From positions 1-43,716 of the IMG/VR virus record IMGVR_UViG_3300036546_000107: a stretch of DNA of 43,716 bases; one strand, 5' to 3'. Below are positions 27,202-35,908 of this stretch, piece by piece. The notes below the pieces were generated by a model that worked only from the letters and a program-made list of their open reading frames with translations, was not told the DNA's origin and did not search any database. Positions within the stretch are counted from its first letter, which is position 1; each line of letters begins with the position of its first letter. The DNA is from a virus. Its lineage: Duplodnaviria > Caudoviricetes. Position numbers and translations under genes: made by a program.

Positions 27202-28392
27202 ATGGCTACTATCGCAGGTTTGCGCGGTACAGGTGACTGGGGCACGGATGAGCGTCCTAAGAATTTTCGTGAGACTATTCTTTGGCTCGACCCGAACGGT
27301 CAGGCACCTCTACAGGCGCTAATGTCTAAGATGGGTTCTGAAAGTACAGATGACCCTGAATTCGCTTGGTGGGAAGAAAAGCTGCAACACAATCGTATTG
27401 AGCTAGATGCACAATCGCTGGCAGCTTCAACAACCCTGAGCATGGCTTCAGGTGCTTTTAACTTTGTTAAAGGTGACCTGCTTATCGTTGAGTCCGCAGG
27501 TGGTATCTGGGCTAACGAAATTGTTAAAGTAACTGCCGACCCAACCGCTGATACAGCGCTGACTGTACAACGTGGTTTTGCAGGTACAACTGCGACTGAC
27601 ATTGCATCGGGTGCATTCCTGACTGCGATTGGTACGTCGTTTGCGGAAGGTTCGCTTGCACCGAAATCTTCCACTCGTAACCCGACTAAACTGAAAAACT
27701 ACTGCCAGATTTTCAAAAAGTCGTACGAAATCACTAACACCGCAGACGTGACTAAAGCACGTACTGGTAACGCGCTGACTAACGACAAGAAACGTCGTAT
27801 GTTCGACTACTACCGTGACATGGAAATGTCTATGATTTACGGTAAAGCGTCAGAAACCGTTGGTGATAACGGCAAACCAGAGCGCACAATGGGTGGTCTG
27901 TTGAGCTTTATCACAACTAACCGAACTCAGTTTGGTGGCGGTGGTACAACTCTGAACGAAGATAACTTGATTGATTTCTTCGCTCAAGTGTTCAACTTCG
28001 ATGGTCAGGGTGCAGGTAACCAACGCCTAGCGTTTGTTGGTAACATGGCGTTGACTGCGATTAACAAGTTGGCACGTAACTCGGCAAGCACTCGTATCAA
28101 CTTTGATAAGACTGCAACCCCAGTTTACGGCATGAACTTCACTCGTTGGGTTCTGCCACAAGGTGAAATCTTCTTCAAGACTCACCCGTTGTTCAACATC
28201 CATCCAGAGCTGACAAAAGCTATGATGGTTATCAACCCTAAAGGTATCAAAGAGCGTGTGCTCCGTGCTACCAAACCTGAGATGGATATTCAGGCTGTGG
28301 GTCAAGACTCCAAAAAAGGTCAGTGGATTGGTGAGATTGGTCTGGAAGTCAACCACGAAGAAACCATGGCTTTTGCAGGTGGTATCGCGTAA
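27202..28392 (+). CDS. Major capsid protein
   Basis: 396 aa, strong RBS and codon bias; NYCQIF, R.MGGL, GEIGLEV; followed by a terminator. Confidence 0.88.
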   Translation: MATIAGLRGTGDWGTDERPKNFRETILWLDPNGQAPLQALMSKMGSESTDDPEFAWWEEKLQHNRIELDAQSLAASTTLSMASGAFNFVKGDLLIVESAGGIWANEIVKVTADPTADTALTVQRGFAGTTATDIASGAFLTAIGTSFAEGSLAPKSSTRNPTKLKNYCQIFKKSYEITNTADVTKARTGNALTNDKKRRMFDYYRDMEMSMIYGKASETVGDNGKPERTMGGLLSFITTNRTQFGGGGTTLNEDNLIDFFAQVFNFDGQGAGNQRLAFVGNMALTAINKLARNSASTRINFDKTATPVYGMNFTRWVLPQGEIFFKTHPLFNIHPELTKAMMVINPKGIKERVLRATKPEMDIQAVGQDSKKGQWIGEIGLEVNHEETMAFAGGIA

Positions 28393-28419
28393 CTGGGGGT
28401 TCACATTTGAACCTGCTTT

Positions 28420-28449
28420 GGGAGGGGGTTAACGCCTCCTCCCTTTTTT
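28420..28449 (+). terminator. Intrinsic terminator after the MCP
   Basis: gggaggggg...cctcctccc followed by T6. Confidence 0.8.
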
Positions 28450-28467
28450 GTATCTGGAGTTTATGAA

Positions 28468-28773
28468 ATGAGTACGTTTAATTATAAGCCCATTGATGAT
28501 AGTTATGGCGGCTGCTGCAAACCAGAAGAGCCTTCTGAGGATAAAGAAGTTTGTTACCCGTCAGTTCATTTGGACGTCAGTCCTGAACAGTTGAAAAGTA
28601 TTAACGTAGATGAAGATGTGGAAATAGTTATTCGAGGTAAAGTTAAGTCCATGCGATTTGACACTGAAGATAGTTATGGAACTGGAGCCTCTATTAGCAT
28701 TTCACTTCGCAGCAATGAACTGAAAAACACTGATAGTAATGACGACATTGCTGAGATGTTAGGGGACGACTAA
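28468..28773 (+). CDS. Possible capsid cement/staple protein
   Basis: 101 aa, beta-rich, directly after the MCP; resemblance judged by eye only. Confidence 0.4.
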   Translation: MSTFNYKPIDDSYGGCCKPEEPSEDKEVCYPSVHLDVSPEQLKSINVDEDVEIVIRGKVKSMRFDTEDSYGTGASISISLRSNELKNTDSNDDIAEMLGDD

Positions 28774-29102
28774 TGAATAAGCTGGAGTGGGAGATTCTAC
28801 GAAACTTAGATAGACGTACCCGCTTCGTAGCTGCCGAAGTTCATAAAAATAAGCTGCATGGTGAACGTCTAGAGGTTCTTGAAATAAAGTTGCAGAACGA
28901 GGTGCTACCAACAGTTAATTCAATGAAGAAAATTTTAGAGAGACGGAAACGAGTTCGACGTTATATCCTCTGGGTTTTGTCTCTCATCATCGCAGCTGCT
29001 GTTACTACGTATGTTAATAACAGTGTTACGATGTATATGTCGCCCGACCCTAGAGCGTCACATAGTAACCGAGAGGTAGATTCTAATGAGCTCGTGGAAT
29101 GA
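28773..29102 (+). CDS. Membrane protein (coiled coil + one TM segment)
   Basis: RRKRVRR followed by YILWVLSLIIAAAVTTYV. Confidence 0.6.
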   Translation: MNKLEWEILRNLDRRTRFVAAEVHKNKLHGERLEVLEIKLQNEVLPTVNSMKKILERRKRVRRYILWVLSLIIAAAVTTYVNNSVTMYMSPDPRASHSNREVDSNELVE

Positions 29103-29994
29103 AATCAGCGATAGTTGGGGTTCACTTCCAGCGAATATCTATACCTGGGCAGTGCAGCCATACGCAGAAGATGTCGGCTTTAGTATGGCTACATTACTTA
29201 CCGGGTCTTCTGGAATTGAGTATCGAAGCGATTTTATTTTTGATATGGGCGTTTCTGCTGAGGTGAATAGAGATTTTACTTTCAGGAATTCTACGTCTGT
29301 TAGTTTGTGTTCAGGTTTTACAGAGATAGATTCGTTCATAGGGAGAGACTCGGTAAGCTTTTCAGTGGAATCGCAGTTTATTGAAAGTAACGTTATGATT
29401 TTTCCGGAAGTGTCTTCTTTTGATTCAGCTGTAAACTACCTTATGAGCGGGAGTTATAGTTATAATGTTCCCGTTAGTTTTGACTTTGTTGCTGATGTTG
29501 ATGAGGTAGAAAGGGATTTTATTTTCAGTGATTCTACTTTGTTTAGTTTAGAAGCTGGTATTGATGAAAGTAATGCGTTCACTGGGATAGATTCTGTTGG
29601 GTTTGCTGCAGAATCCCAGTTTACGGAAAGTAATGTTATGACATTCCCAGAATCGTTTACTTTTGATTTAGCTGTAAGTTATACTATGCGAGGTGTTTAT
29701 GGTTATAATGTTCCCGTTAGTTTTGACTTTGTTGCTGATGTTGTTGCTGTAAATAATATAGTTGCTGAGTACTCACAGGATTTTTCTTCTGCTTCGGGTG
29801 CTGAAGTTAGTAATTATAATTATATGCAGGAAGGTAAGCTGTTTGGTTTTGTAGCTGATGTTGAATTAGAGGTTTTATCTTGGGGACGAGTTAAACCTGT
29901 AATTGGTAGTTGGTCTTCTGAAAATTCTCAAGAAGGTGGTTGGGTTTCAGAGGGAAGTACTGGCGATGGCTGGCAATCTATTCCACCGTTATAA
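29086..29994 (+). CDS. Virion protein with ~81-aa internal tandem repeats
   Basis: A 42-nt block at 29459-29500 recurs at 29702-29743 (period 243 nt); S/F/D/E-rich. Confidence 0.7.
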   Translation: MSSWNEISDSWGSLPANIYTWAVQPYAEDVGFSMATLLTGSSGIEYRSDFIFDMGVSAEVNRDFTFRNSTSVSLCSGFTEIDSFIGRDSVSFSVESQFIESNVMIFPEVSSFDSAVNYLMSGSYSYNVPVSFDFVADVDEVERDFIFSDSTLFSLEAGIDESNAFTGIDSVGFAAESQFTESNVMTFPESFTFDLAVSYTMRGVYGYNVPVSFDFVADVVAVNNIVAEYSQDFSSASGAEVSNYNYMQEGKLFGFVADVELEVLSWGRVKPVIGSWSSENSQEGGWVSEGSTGDGWQSIPPL

Positions 29995-30006
29995 CTGGAG
30001 TTTGTT

Positions 30007-30489
30007 ATGAATAATAAATTAGGTTTTAAGAACACTTACAAGGTTGATTGTTTTCGAGAAGGCCAACTGGTCTGGACCGAAGAGCGTTGTAACCTTGTTG
30101 TTAATCAAGGACTGGATGATGTTCTTAACCGGTACTTTAAAGGGGTTGGTTATACTGCTGCCCATTACTGCGGGTTGAAGTCTACAGGGGCTATTAGTGC
30201 TAATGATACTTTAGCTTCACATGCAGGATGGACAGAGTTAACTGGTTATAATGGTAATCGAGTTCCTATTGTTCTTGGTGCTGTTGCAGGTCAGTCGGTT
30301 AGTAATACTGCTAATCGCGCACAGTTTGCTATTAATGCGTCTGCTACGATTGGCGGGGTTTTAATTGCAACTGTGGCCACTGGGACGGCAGGTGTTCTTT
30401 TTGGTGCTGTAAACTTCTTAGCCGCCCGTCCGGTTTTGGATGGGGATACGCTGGTTGTTACTACTACCTTTACACAGAGTAGCTTGTAA
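30007..30489 (+). CDS. Virion/tail structural protein
   Basis: NLVVNQG, GWTE..GY..R, GDTL.VT pattern common in tail-associated proteins. Confidence 0.65.
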   Translation: MNNKLGFKNTYKVDCFREGQLVWTEERCNLVVNQGLDDVLNRYFKGVGYTAAHYCGLKSTGAISANDTLASHAGWTELTGYNGNRVPIVLGAVAGQSVSNTANRAQFAINASATIGGVLIATVATGTAGVLFGAVNFLAARPVLDGDTLVVTTTFTQSSL

Positions 30490-31106
30490 TGAATGAAACT
30501 CAAATGGTTAATTTAATTGCATATCGGCTCGGTAATGTTAAAGGGCAGGATGATGCGATTAAGGCTGAGTTAGCTCAGAGTATACGGAGGGTGGAAGATA
30601 ATGGATTCCATCCTTGGTTTCTGGTCTCGGAAAATAACTTTTATGAAACGCAGGTAGGGGAGTCTCGTATTCCCATTCCGGCTGGTTTTATTATGGAGTA
30701 TGAAGAAGGTTCGCTTGCTTTACAAGGTGATGAAGGTGTTCCTCGGATTCTTGGTAAGAAGTCTATGGATGTTATTAGTGAATGTAGTTACAGCGGGGAA
30801 CCTTTGTACTATGCGCTGACTAATAAGTATTTCCGACTTTACCCTGTGCCTGACGCGGTGTATAAACTAGAGCTTATATTTTATAGACGCTCTACTGCGT
30901 TGGGTTATGCTGAGGGAGAGAATCCTTGGTATGATGAAGCTTCCGAGTTGTTAGTAGCTGAAACTTGTTGGGCAATGTTAGCTGCAAGAAAGAGTAAAGA
31001 TGCAGAATACTGGCGTAATCTTGCGAACCAGCAGTGGCTTTTGATTCAACAGAAAGATGCTGAACGTCGTGAGTCGAATCGTGAAATAACTTTTGGAGGA
31101 GATTGA
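30489..31106 (+). CDS. Head-tail adaptor (tail tubular protein A-like)
   Basis: G.P.YY, LYPVPD..Y.L; position. Confidence 0.65.
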   Translation: MNETQMVNLIAYRLGNVKGQDDAIKAELAQSIRRVEDNGFHPWFLVSENNFYETQVGESRIPIPAGFIMEYEEGSLALQGDEGVPRILGKKSMDVISECSYSGEPLYYALTNKYFRLYPVPDAVYKLELIFYRRSTALGYAEGENPWYDEASELLVAETCWAMLAARKSKDAEYWRNLANQQWLLIQQKDAERRESNREITFGGD

Positions 31107-31107
31107 T

Positions 31108-31758
31108 ATGGCACTGGAAGTATGGAATAGTACCTCTCGGGTAGGGGTTTTAAATGTTAACTGGCCACTGGATACTGACCCGTTGAATAATGGAGATGAC
31201 CATATTCGTCTTTTGAAGACAGTGGTTACGAACCTGCTAGCTGATTTGCTGGATGGTTCTGTAGTAGTTAAAACTGCTACGGATGCAACGAATGCAACGA
31301 ACGCGACTAACGCTACAAATGCGAACAACTCCGCTAGCTTGGGGGGTGTGGAGGCTGCTAACTATGCTCAGACTACAGGGACTTATGCTAGTTTGCGGGC
31401 ACAGGCAACTACGAAAGATGATGTTGGGCTAGGTAGTGTTGGTAACTATGGGATATCGGATAGTATTTCGAGTACAAGCTCAACTACGTATGCTAGTTCA
31501 GCAGCTGCTCGATTAGCGTATTTATCTACTGCCGGGAATGTAACTACTCATAACGCTGTAGGGGCTTATTGTTTTTGCAGGCACGACTCGACTGCTGCAA
31601 TAAATCCAGGAGCTACCATACCTGGGAGTGTACTAGTGCCCGCAGACGCTACGGGGGCCTATTATAATTCAAGACTGTCTGGTACCTGGCGTTGTATGGG
31701 TTACAAATCAAGTGGTTCCGGAGCAACCAAGCCTACACTCTTTGTACGCATTAGCTAA
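31108..31758 (+). CDS. Short tail fibre protein
   Basis: GDDHIRLLK N-terminal motif, (ATN)n repeat, TKDDVGLGSV.N, C-terminal GTWRCMG...LFVRIS. Confidence 0.8.
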   Translation: MALEVWNSTSRVGVLNVNWPLDTDPLNNGDDHIRLLKTVVTNLLADLLDGSVVVKTATDATNATNATNATNANNSASLGGVEAANYAQTTGTYASLRAQATTKDDVGLGSVGNYGISDSISSTSSTTYASSAAARLAYLSTAGNVTTHNAVGAYCFCRHDSTAAINPGATIPGSVLVPADATGAYYNSRLSGTWRCMGYKSSGSGATKPTLFVRIS

Positions 31759-31784
31759 ATTAAAGTTAAAGAAGGAAGTTTAAA

Positions 31785-32066
31785 ATGGTTATTAATCCCC
31801 CTGTTGTTTATTGGTTAAATGAAAGTGACAAGAGAACAGTTACTTATCTGGCTAATCCTCGTTATATCGACGAGGAGTCTACAAGGATTGACTGTGAAGT
31901 TATGTTTTCAGAATTTCCTGCGGAATTACTTCCGTTTACGGCAAATAGCAAAGACCCATCTGGAATAGGTCGTGATATTTTCCGAGACTTAGCATCAGGT
32001 AAGTTTGGTGAAGTAGCTCCTTACGAAGCTCCAATTGAGGGGTCAATAAATGAGAATCAATCATAG
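31785..32066 (+). CDS. Tail fibre assembly chaperone-like protein
   Basis: IDCEV.F...PFTA...D...GR.IF......FG.V.PY; follows the fibre gene. Confidence 0.7.
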   Translation: MVINPPVVYWLNESDKRTVTYLANPRYIDEESTRIDCEVMFSEFPAELLPFTANSKDPSGIGRDIFRDLASGKFGEVAPYEAPIEGSINENQS

Positions 32067-33615
32067 ACAATTTGGTCTTGCTGGATTCCAACCTGATAAA
32101 GCCCCTGACACTTTAGCTGTAGGGGCTGTTAGTGGCGGATATAATCTCCGCCCTACTCGTTTTGGTTGGGAGAAATCGGATGGTTATAGAGAAAGTTCTA
32201 TAGAGCCAGGGAATACGCGAAATCATATAAGCTTTTGGTCTCCTAACCGAGGTGATATTCGCTGGTTTATTGCTGGCGAATCTACTATTGAAATGGCTAG
32301 CGGCGGTATTATTACTGATGTAAGTAGGGTAGGTGGTTATACTGCCGCTGGTAAAAACTTGTGGGACTCGTTAAACTTTAATGGAGTTCCAATTCTGAAT
32401 AACGCAGTGGATAGACCTCAATTCTTTACGGAGGGGGCTTCTTTTGGAGACCTTACTGGGATTGACGCTGGTGTTCGCTTTCGTTGTTTAAGTAAATTTA
32501 AATCTTTTCTTATCGGACTTGCTCCTGATTTTGGTGCTGGATTTCAGGACGACAGTATTTGGTGGAGTCATCCTGCTGACCCAGGAACCATTCCTCCTAA
32601 CTGGGATTATGCAGACCCTGCGTCAGATAGTGGTATTGCACAACTCCCAAGTCCAGGGTATATTATAACCGAACTAGAACTGGGTGATACTGGTATCATT
32701 TATAAGAGTGATTCAATCTGGTTGATGCAGTTTATTGGCGGTCAGTTTATTTTTAAGTTTACCCTGAAATTTGACGGACAAGGGATATTAAATAAAAATT
32801 GTGTTACAGATTTTGAGGGACGACATTTTGTAGTTACTCAGAGTGATATGATTGTACATGACGGGTATCAACTGAAATCAGTTGCAGAAGATAGAGTTAA
32901 AGAATACTTTTTGGCTGATGTTGATTCTGACAAGTTTGGGAATGTGTTTGTTGTAAAGAATCCGAGTACCACAGAGATTCTTGTATTTTATCCTTCGAAA
33001 GACGCTACAACTGATTACTGTGATAAGTGTCTTGTGTGGAACTGGAGGGATAATACTTGGACTCCTTTGCTAGTCCCTAATGTAAAACACGCTTCTTATG
33101 GTTATGAGATTACTGGGGTAGATATTACTTGGGAGACTTATGCTACTAGCTGGGCTCGTCGTGGTTCATGGAAGACGCCCGAAGATTTGAGGCAGTTTGC
33201 TCCAGTTCTTCATTATGCTACAGAGGATTTTAGTAAAATTCTTGCCTCGTCTGGTAACAGCTTGGTAGTTAACGAACCTCTTGTAGCTGTATGGGAACGC
33301 CAGGATATGATACTCGGAGGTATCTCTAGGGATGGAGTTCCTTATCAGGATTATGAGAGGGAGAAGGTTGTTCGTGAGCTTGTTTTTGATGTTGATACTA
33401 CCGATGAGTTTGATGTTTACGTAGGGACTAAGGGATCGTTAGATGATGCTGTGGAATGGGAGTTAGCTGGTACGATTAATCCCGTAGTGGATAGACGGTT
33501 GCATTTGTTGTACACAACTGCGTTCCTCAGTGTTAGAATAGTATCAACAGCACCTTACTTTAGACTGAGAAATATTGCAGTTGTGTTTGAATTAGCAGGG
33601 GAAGTCTGGACATGA
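32050..33615 (+). CDS. Tail nozzle/stabilisation protein (tubular protein B-like)
   Basis: 521 aa, beta-rich, IWWS...DP...W; position. Confidence 0.7.
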   Translation: MRINHRQFGLAGFQPDKAPDTLAVGAVSGGYNLRPTRFGWEKSDGYRESSIEPGNTRNHISFWSPNRGDIRWFIAGESTIEMASGGIITDVSRVGGYTAAGKNLWDSLNFNGVPILNNAVDRPQFFTEGASFGDLTGIDAGVRFRCLSKFKSFLIGLAPDFGAGFQDDSIWWSHPADPGTIPPNWDYADPASDSGIAQLPSPGYIITELELGDTGIIYKSDSIWLMQFIGGQFIFKFTLKFDGQGILNKNCVTDFEGRHFVVTQSDMIVHDGYQLKSVAEDRVKEYFLADVDSDKFGNVFVVKNPSTTEILVFYPSKDATTDYCDKCLVWNWRDNTWTPLLVPNVKHASYGYEITGVDITWETYATSWARRGSWKTPEDLRQFAPVLHYATEDFSKILASSGNSLVVNEPLVAVWERQDMILGGISRDGVPYQDYEREKVVRELVFDVDTTDEFDVYVGTKGSLDDAVEWELAGTINPVVDRRLHLLYTTAFLSVRIVSTAPYFRLRNIAVVFELAGEVWT

Positions 33616-33887
33616 GCTATAATCCTAAACCAACTCCATTATCCATAGATGAGCTTCCGTCTTTTATAGATTCAGAGCTTCTGGATATTGCGAGTGAAAT
33701 GGTTGTAGAGACTCAATATAACTCTAGCATGTTTACTAACCAGAACAGTATTATTAACCAGCGGTTGAAGCAAGAAGGTCTGCGGGTTTGGGATGTTACC
33801 TCTAAGAAACCTTTATGGGCTAGAGGTAAGAAACCTACCGACCCTTGGGTTGACGGTTCAGGAACTACTGTTTATATACCTGTGTAG
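33612..33887 (+). CDS. Hypothetical virion protein
   Basis: ATGA-coupled; WD....KP.W...WVD..G. Confidence 0.6.
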   Translation: MSYNPKPTPLSIDELPSFIDSELLDIASEMVVETQYNSSMFTNQNSIINQRLKQEGLRVWDVTSKKPLWARGKKPTDPWVDGSGTTVYIPV

Positions 33888-33894
33888 GTGGGTT

Positions 33895-34305
33895 ATGTTG
33901 ATACCTATAACTGAAAATAACTGGGAAGGTACGATATCACAAGCCATCCCCTATTTTGAACGTTGTCTAGAGAAAGGAGCGTTACCTCATACTATAGACG
34001 ATGTTTTAGTAGGAATTGCCTCAGGGGAGTTTAGAGCTTTCCTGATGGTTGATGATGGGATTGTTTGTGGTGCCATTATCTTAAATATTTACAGGGAATT
34101 ATCTTTTAATGTGTTGAATATCTGGGCTATGTCTCATGATAGAGGTTACTCAGATTTAGATGCGGATGATATAACCCTGATGGAACTAGCCAAAACTCTT
34201 GGGATACGTTACATTGTCTGCTCAGGACGTAAAGGGTTTGAAAGAACTCTAGCTAAGAGGGGATGGAATGTTGAACAGGTTCTTATGACTAAGGAGGTCA
34301 TATGA
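33895..34305 (+). CDS. GNAT-like small protein preceding the ejection genes
   Basis: AK.LG..I...GRKGF.R.L..GW pattern. Confidence 0.55.
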   Translation: MLIPITENNWEGTISQAIPYFERCLEKGALPHTIDDVLVGIASGEFRAFLMVDDGIVCGAIILNIYRELSFNVLNIWAMSHDRGYSDLDADDITLMELAKTLGIRYIVCSGRKGFERTLAKRGWNVEQVLMTKEVI

Positions 34306-35075
34306 GTGGAGGTAAAACTCAAACTACGGAAACGTCTCCGTGGTCTGGTGCAACCGACTATATCTCTGGTATGTTGGAGAATGCACAAAATGTTTATAAT
34401 AAAAGTGGAGAAGAAAGTGCTTTAAATACCGCTCAACGTGACCTCCTGAATTCGATGTCACAATGGTATGCTAATGGTGCTGGTGGTACTAATCAGGTTA
34501 TGCAGGATATGTGGACTTCACTAGGAAGAAGCCCTACGGAAGTTGCACAGTCTCAAGAAGTACAAGATATGATTTCAGCTAATACGGCTGCAATCAATCA
34601 GGACGTATTACAAAATGTGATGCCCGAGATACGTTCTGGTGCCACGTCGGCTGGGCAGTATGGCGGTACAAGACAGGGTGTTGCAGAAGGTGTTGCTGCT
34701 GGTCAAGCGGCTGCAGCAGCGCAACAATACGGAACTCAGTTAATGGGTAATGTCTACCAGCAACAGTTGCAGAACCAGATTAACGCACTCAAATTTACAC
34801 CTACGTTGCAGACTCTGCTTGGTCAAGAGTTGCAAGGTCAGTATGATATTGAGACTTTGATGAAGAACGCTGATACGGATGCAGCTTGGGCTAACCTTAA
34901 CAAGTATGCTAACTTGCTATACCCTGCGGCTAGTGGTGGTCAAACCTCAGTTCAAACTGGTGGAGGTATTTCTACTTTGCAAGGTGCGGCTGGTGGTGCT
35001 TCAGCTGGTACTGCTATCATGCCTGGTTGGGGTACTGCTATTGGTGCAGTTCTTGGCGGACTATCTGCGGCATAG
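34302..35075 (+). CDS. Internal virion/ejection protein
   Basis: MSGG..T..T.PW, AGQYGGTRQGVAEG; Gly/Ala-rich hydrophobic C-terminus. Confidence 0.75.
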   Translation: MSGGKTQTTETSPWSGATDYISGMLENAQNVYNKSGEESALNTAQRDLLNSMSQWYANGAGGTNQVMQDMWTSLGRSPTEVAQSQEVQDMISANTAAINQDVLQNVMPEIRSGATSAGQYGGTRQGVAEGVAAGQAAAAAQQYGTQLMGNVYQQQLQNQINALKFTPTLQTLLGQELQGQYDIETLMKNADTDAAWANLNKYANLLYPAASGGQTSVQTGGGISTLQGAAGGASAGTAIMPGWGTAIGAVLGGLSAA

Positions 35076-35084
35076 GAGGAACTT

Positions 35085-35900
35085 ATGGCTATTAATCCAT
35101 TACTGGCTATGACGCAGCCAACTACTGCTCAAGCTCAACCTGCGGGTGCTGCGGGTGCTCCCGGGTTCTGGGAAAACTTCATGCAAGGCACGCAGGACAC
35201 CTTAAATGACCCGACCAAAATGGCGTTAATGATGGCAGGCTTGAGTTTGCTATCTGGTCAATCTGCCATTCAAGCTGGTTCGCAGGGTGCTGGTATTTAT
35301 CAACAACTGATGCAACAGCAGAAAGCTGATGCGGCGGCTGCTGATAAGGCAGATATGGATGCAGCTCAGTTTGGGTTGCAGAAACGTCAAGTCGAACAAG
35401 GCGATGAACGCTTAAAGCTTGAACGTGATAAGATGAAATCAGCTGAGAAAATTGCTGATATCAAAGCTGCAGCTGATAAGCCTATCGGTGCAAACGATAA
35501 GCTGTGGAAGCAAGCACTTGATACGGCGGTGGCTGAATTAGAACCTGGTGATTCTGTTGATTCTTTCCGTGTCTATGAGATTTACAACTCAATGGTAGGA
35601 AATGGTCAAACGGTTTATCCAGCCTATGGTAAGCAAGAGTTGGATTATTTCCTCGAACAAATGAGCAATAATCCAGATAAAGCCGAGGGTTTACAGGAAA
35701 TCATTACACGTTCCTATGGCCCTCGTGCAGCGATGCGTACTAAATCAGCTTTTGACAAGTTGTCGAAGACTACCCCTAAAACGGAAGAAGTCATTCCACC
35801 TGAAGTTACAACTCAAGTGGAGCAAGTTAAAGCGCAACCAACTAAAACCCAGTTCTTTGGTGAGGGTAACAAAAACCTCCCATTCTGGTTACGTTACTAG
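35085..35900 (+). CDS. Internal virion/ejection protein
   Basis: Ala/Gln-rich; hydrophobic stretch MALMMAGLSLLSG; position. Confidence 0.65.
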   Translation: MAINPLLAMTQPTTAQAQPAGAAGAPGFWENFMQGTQDTLNDPTKMALMMAGLSLLSGQSAIQAGSQGAGIYQQLMQQQKADAAAADKADMDAAQFGLQKRQVEQGDERLKLERDKMKSAEKIADIKAAADKPIGANDKLWKQALDTAVAELEPGDSVDSFRVYEIYNSMVGNGQTVYPAYGKQELDYFLEQMSNNPDKAEGLQEIITRSYGPRAAMRTKSAFDKLSKTTPKTEEVIPPEVTTQVEQVKAQPTKTQFFGEGNKNLPFWLRY

Positions 35901-35908
35901 AGGTTAAC

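Noticed and set aside
31108-31758. Diversity-generating retroelement or invertible tail-fibre cassette
   Set aside because: No reverse transcriptase, template repeat or invertase; the (ATN)n repeat is an ordinary fibre motif.
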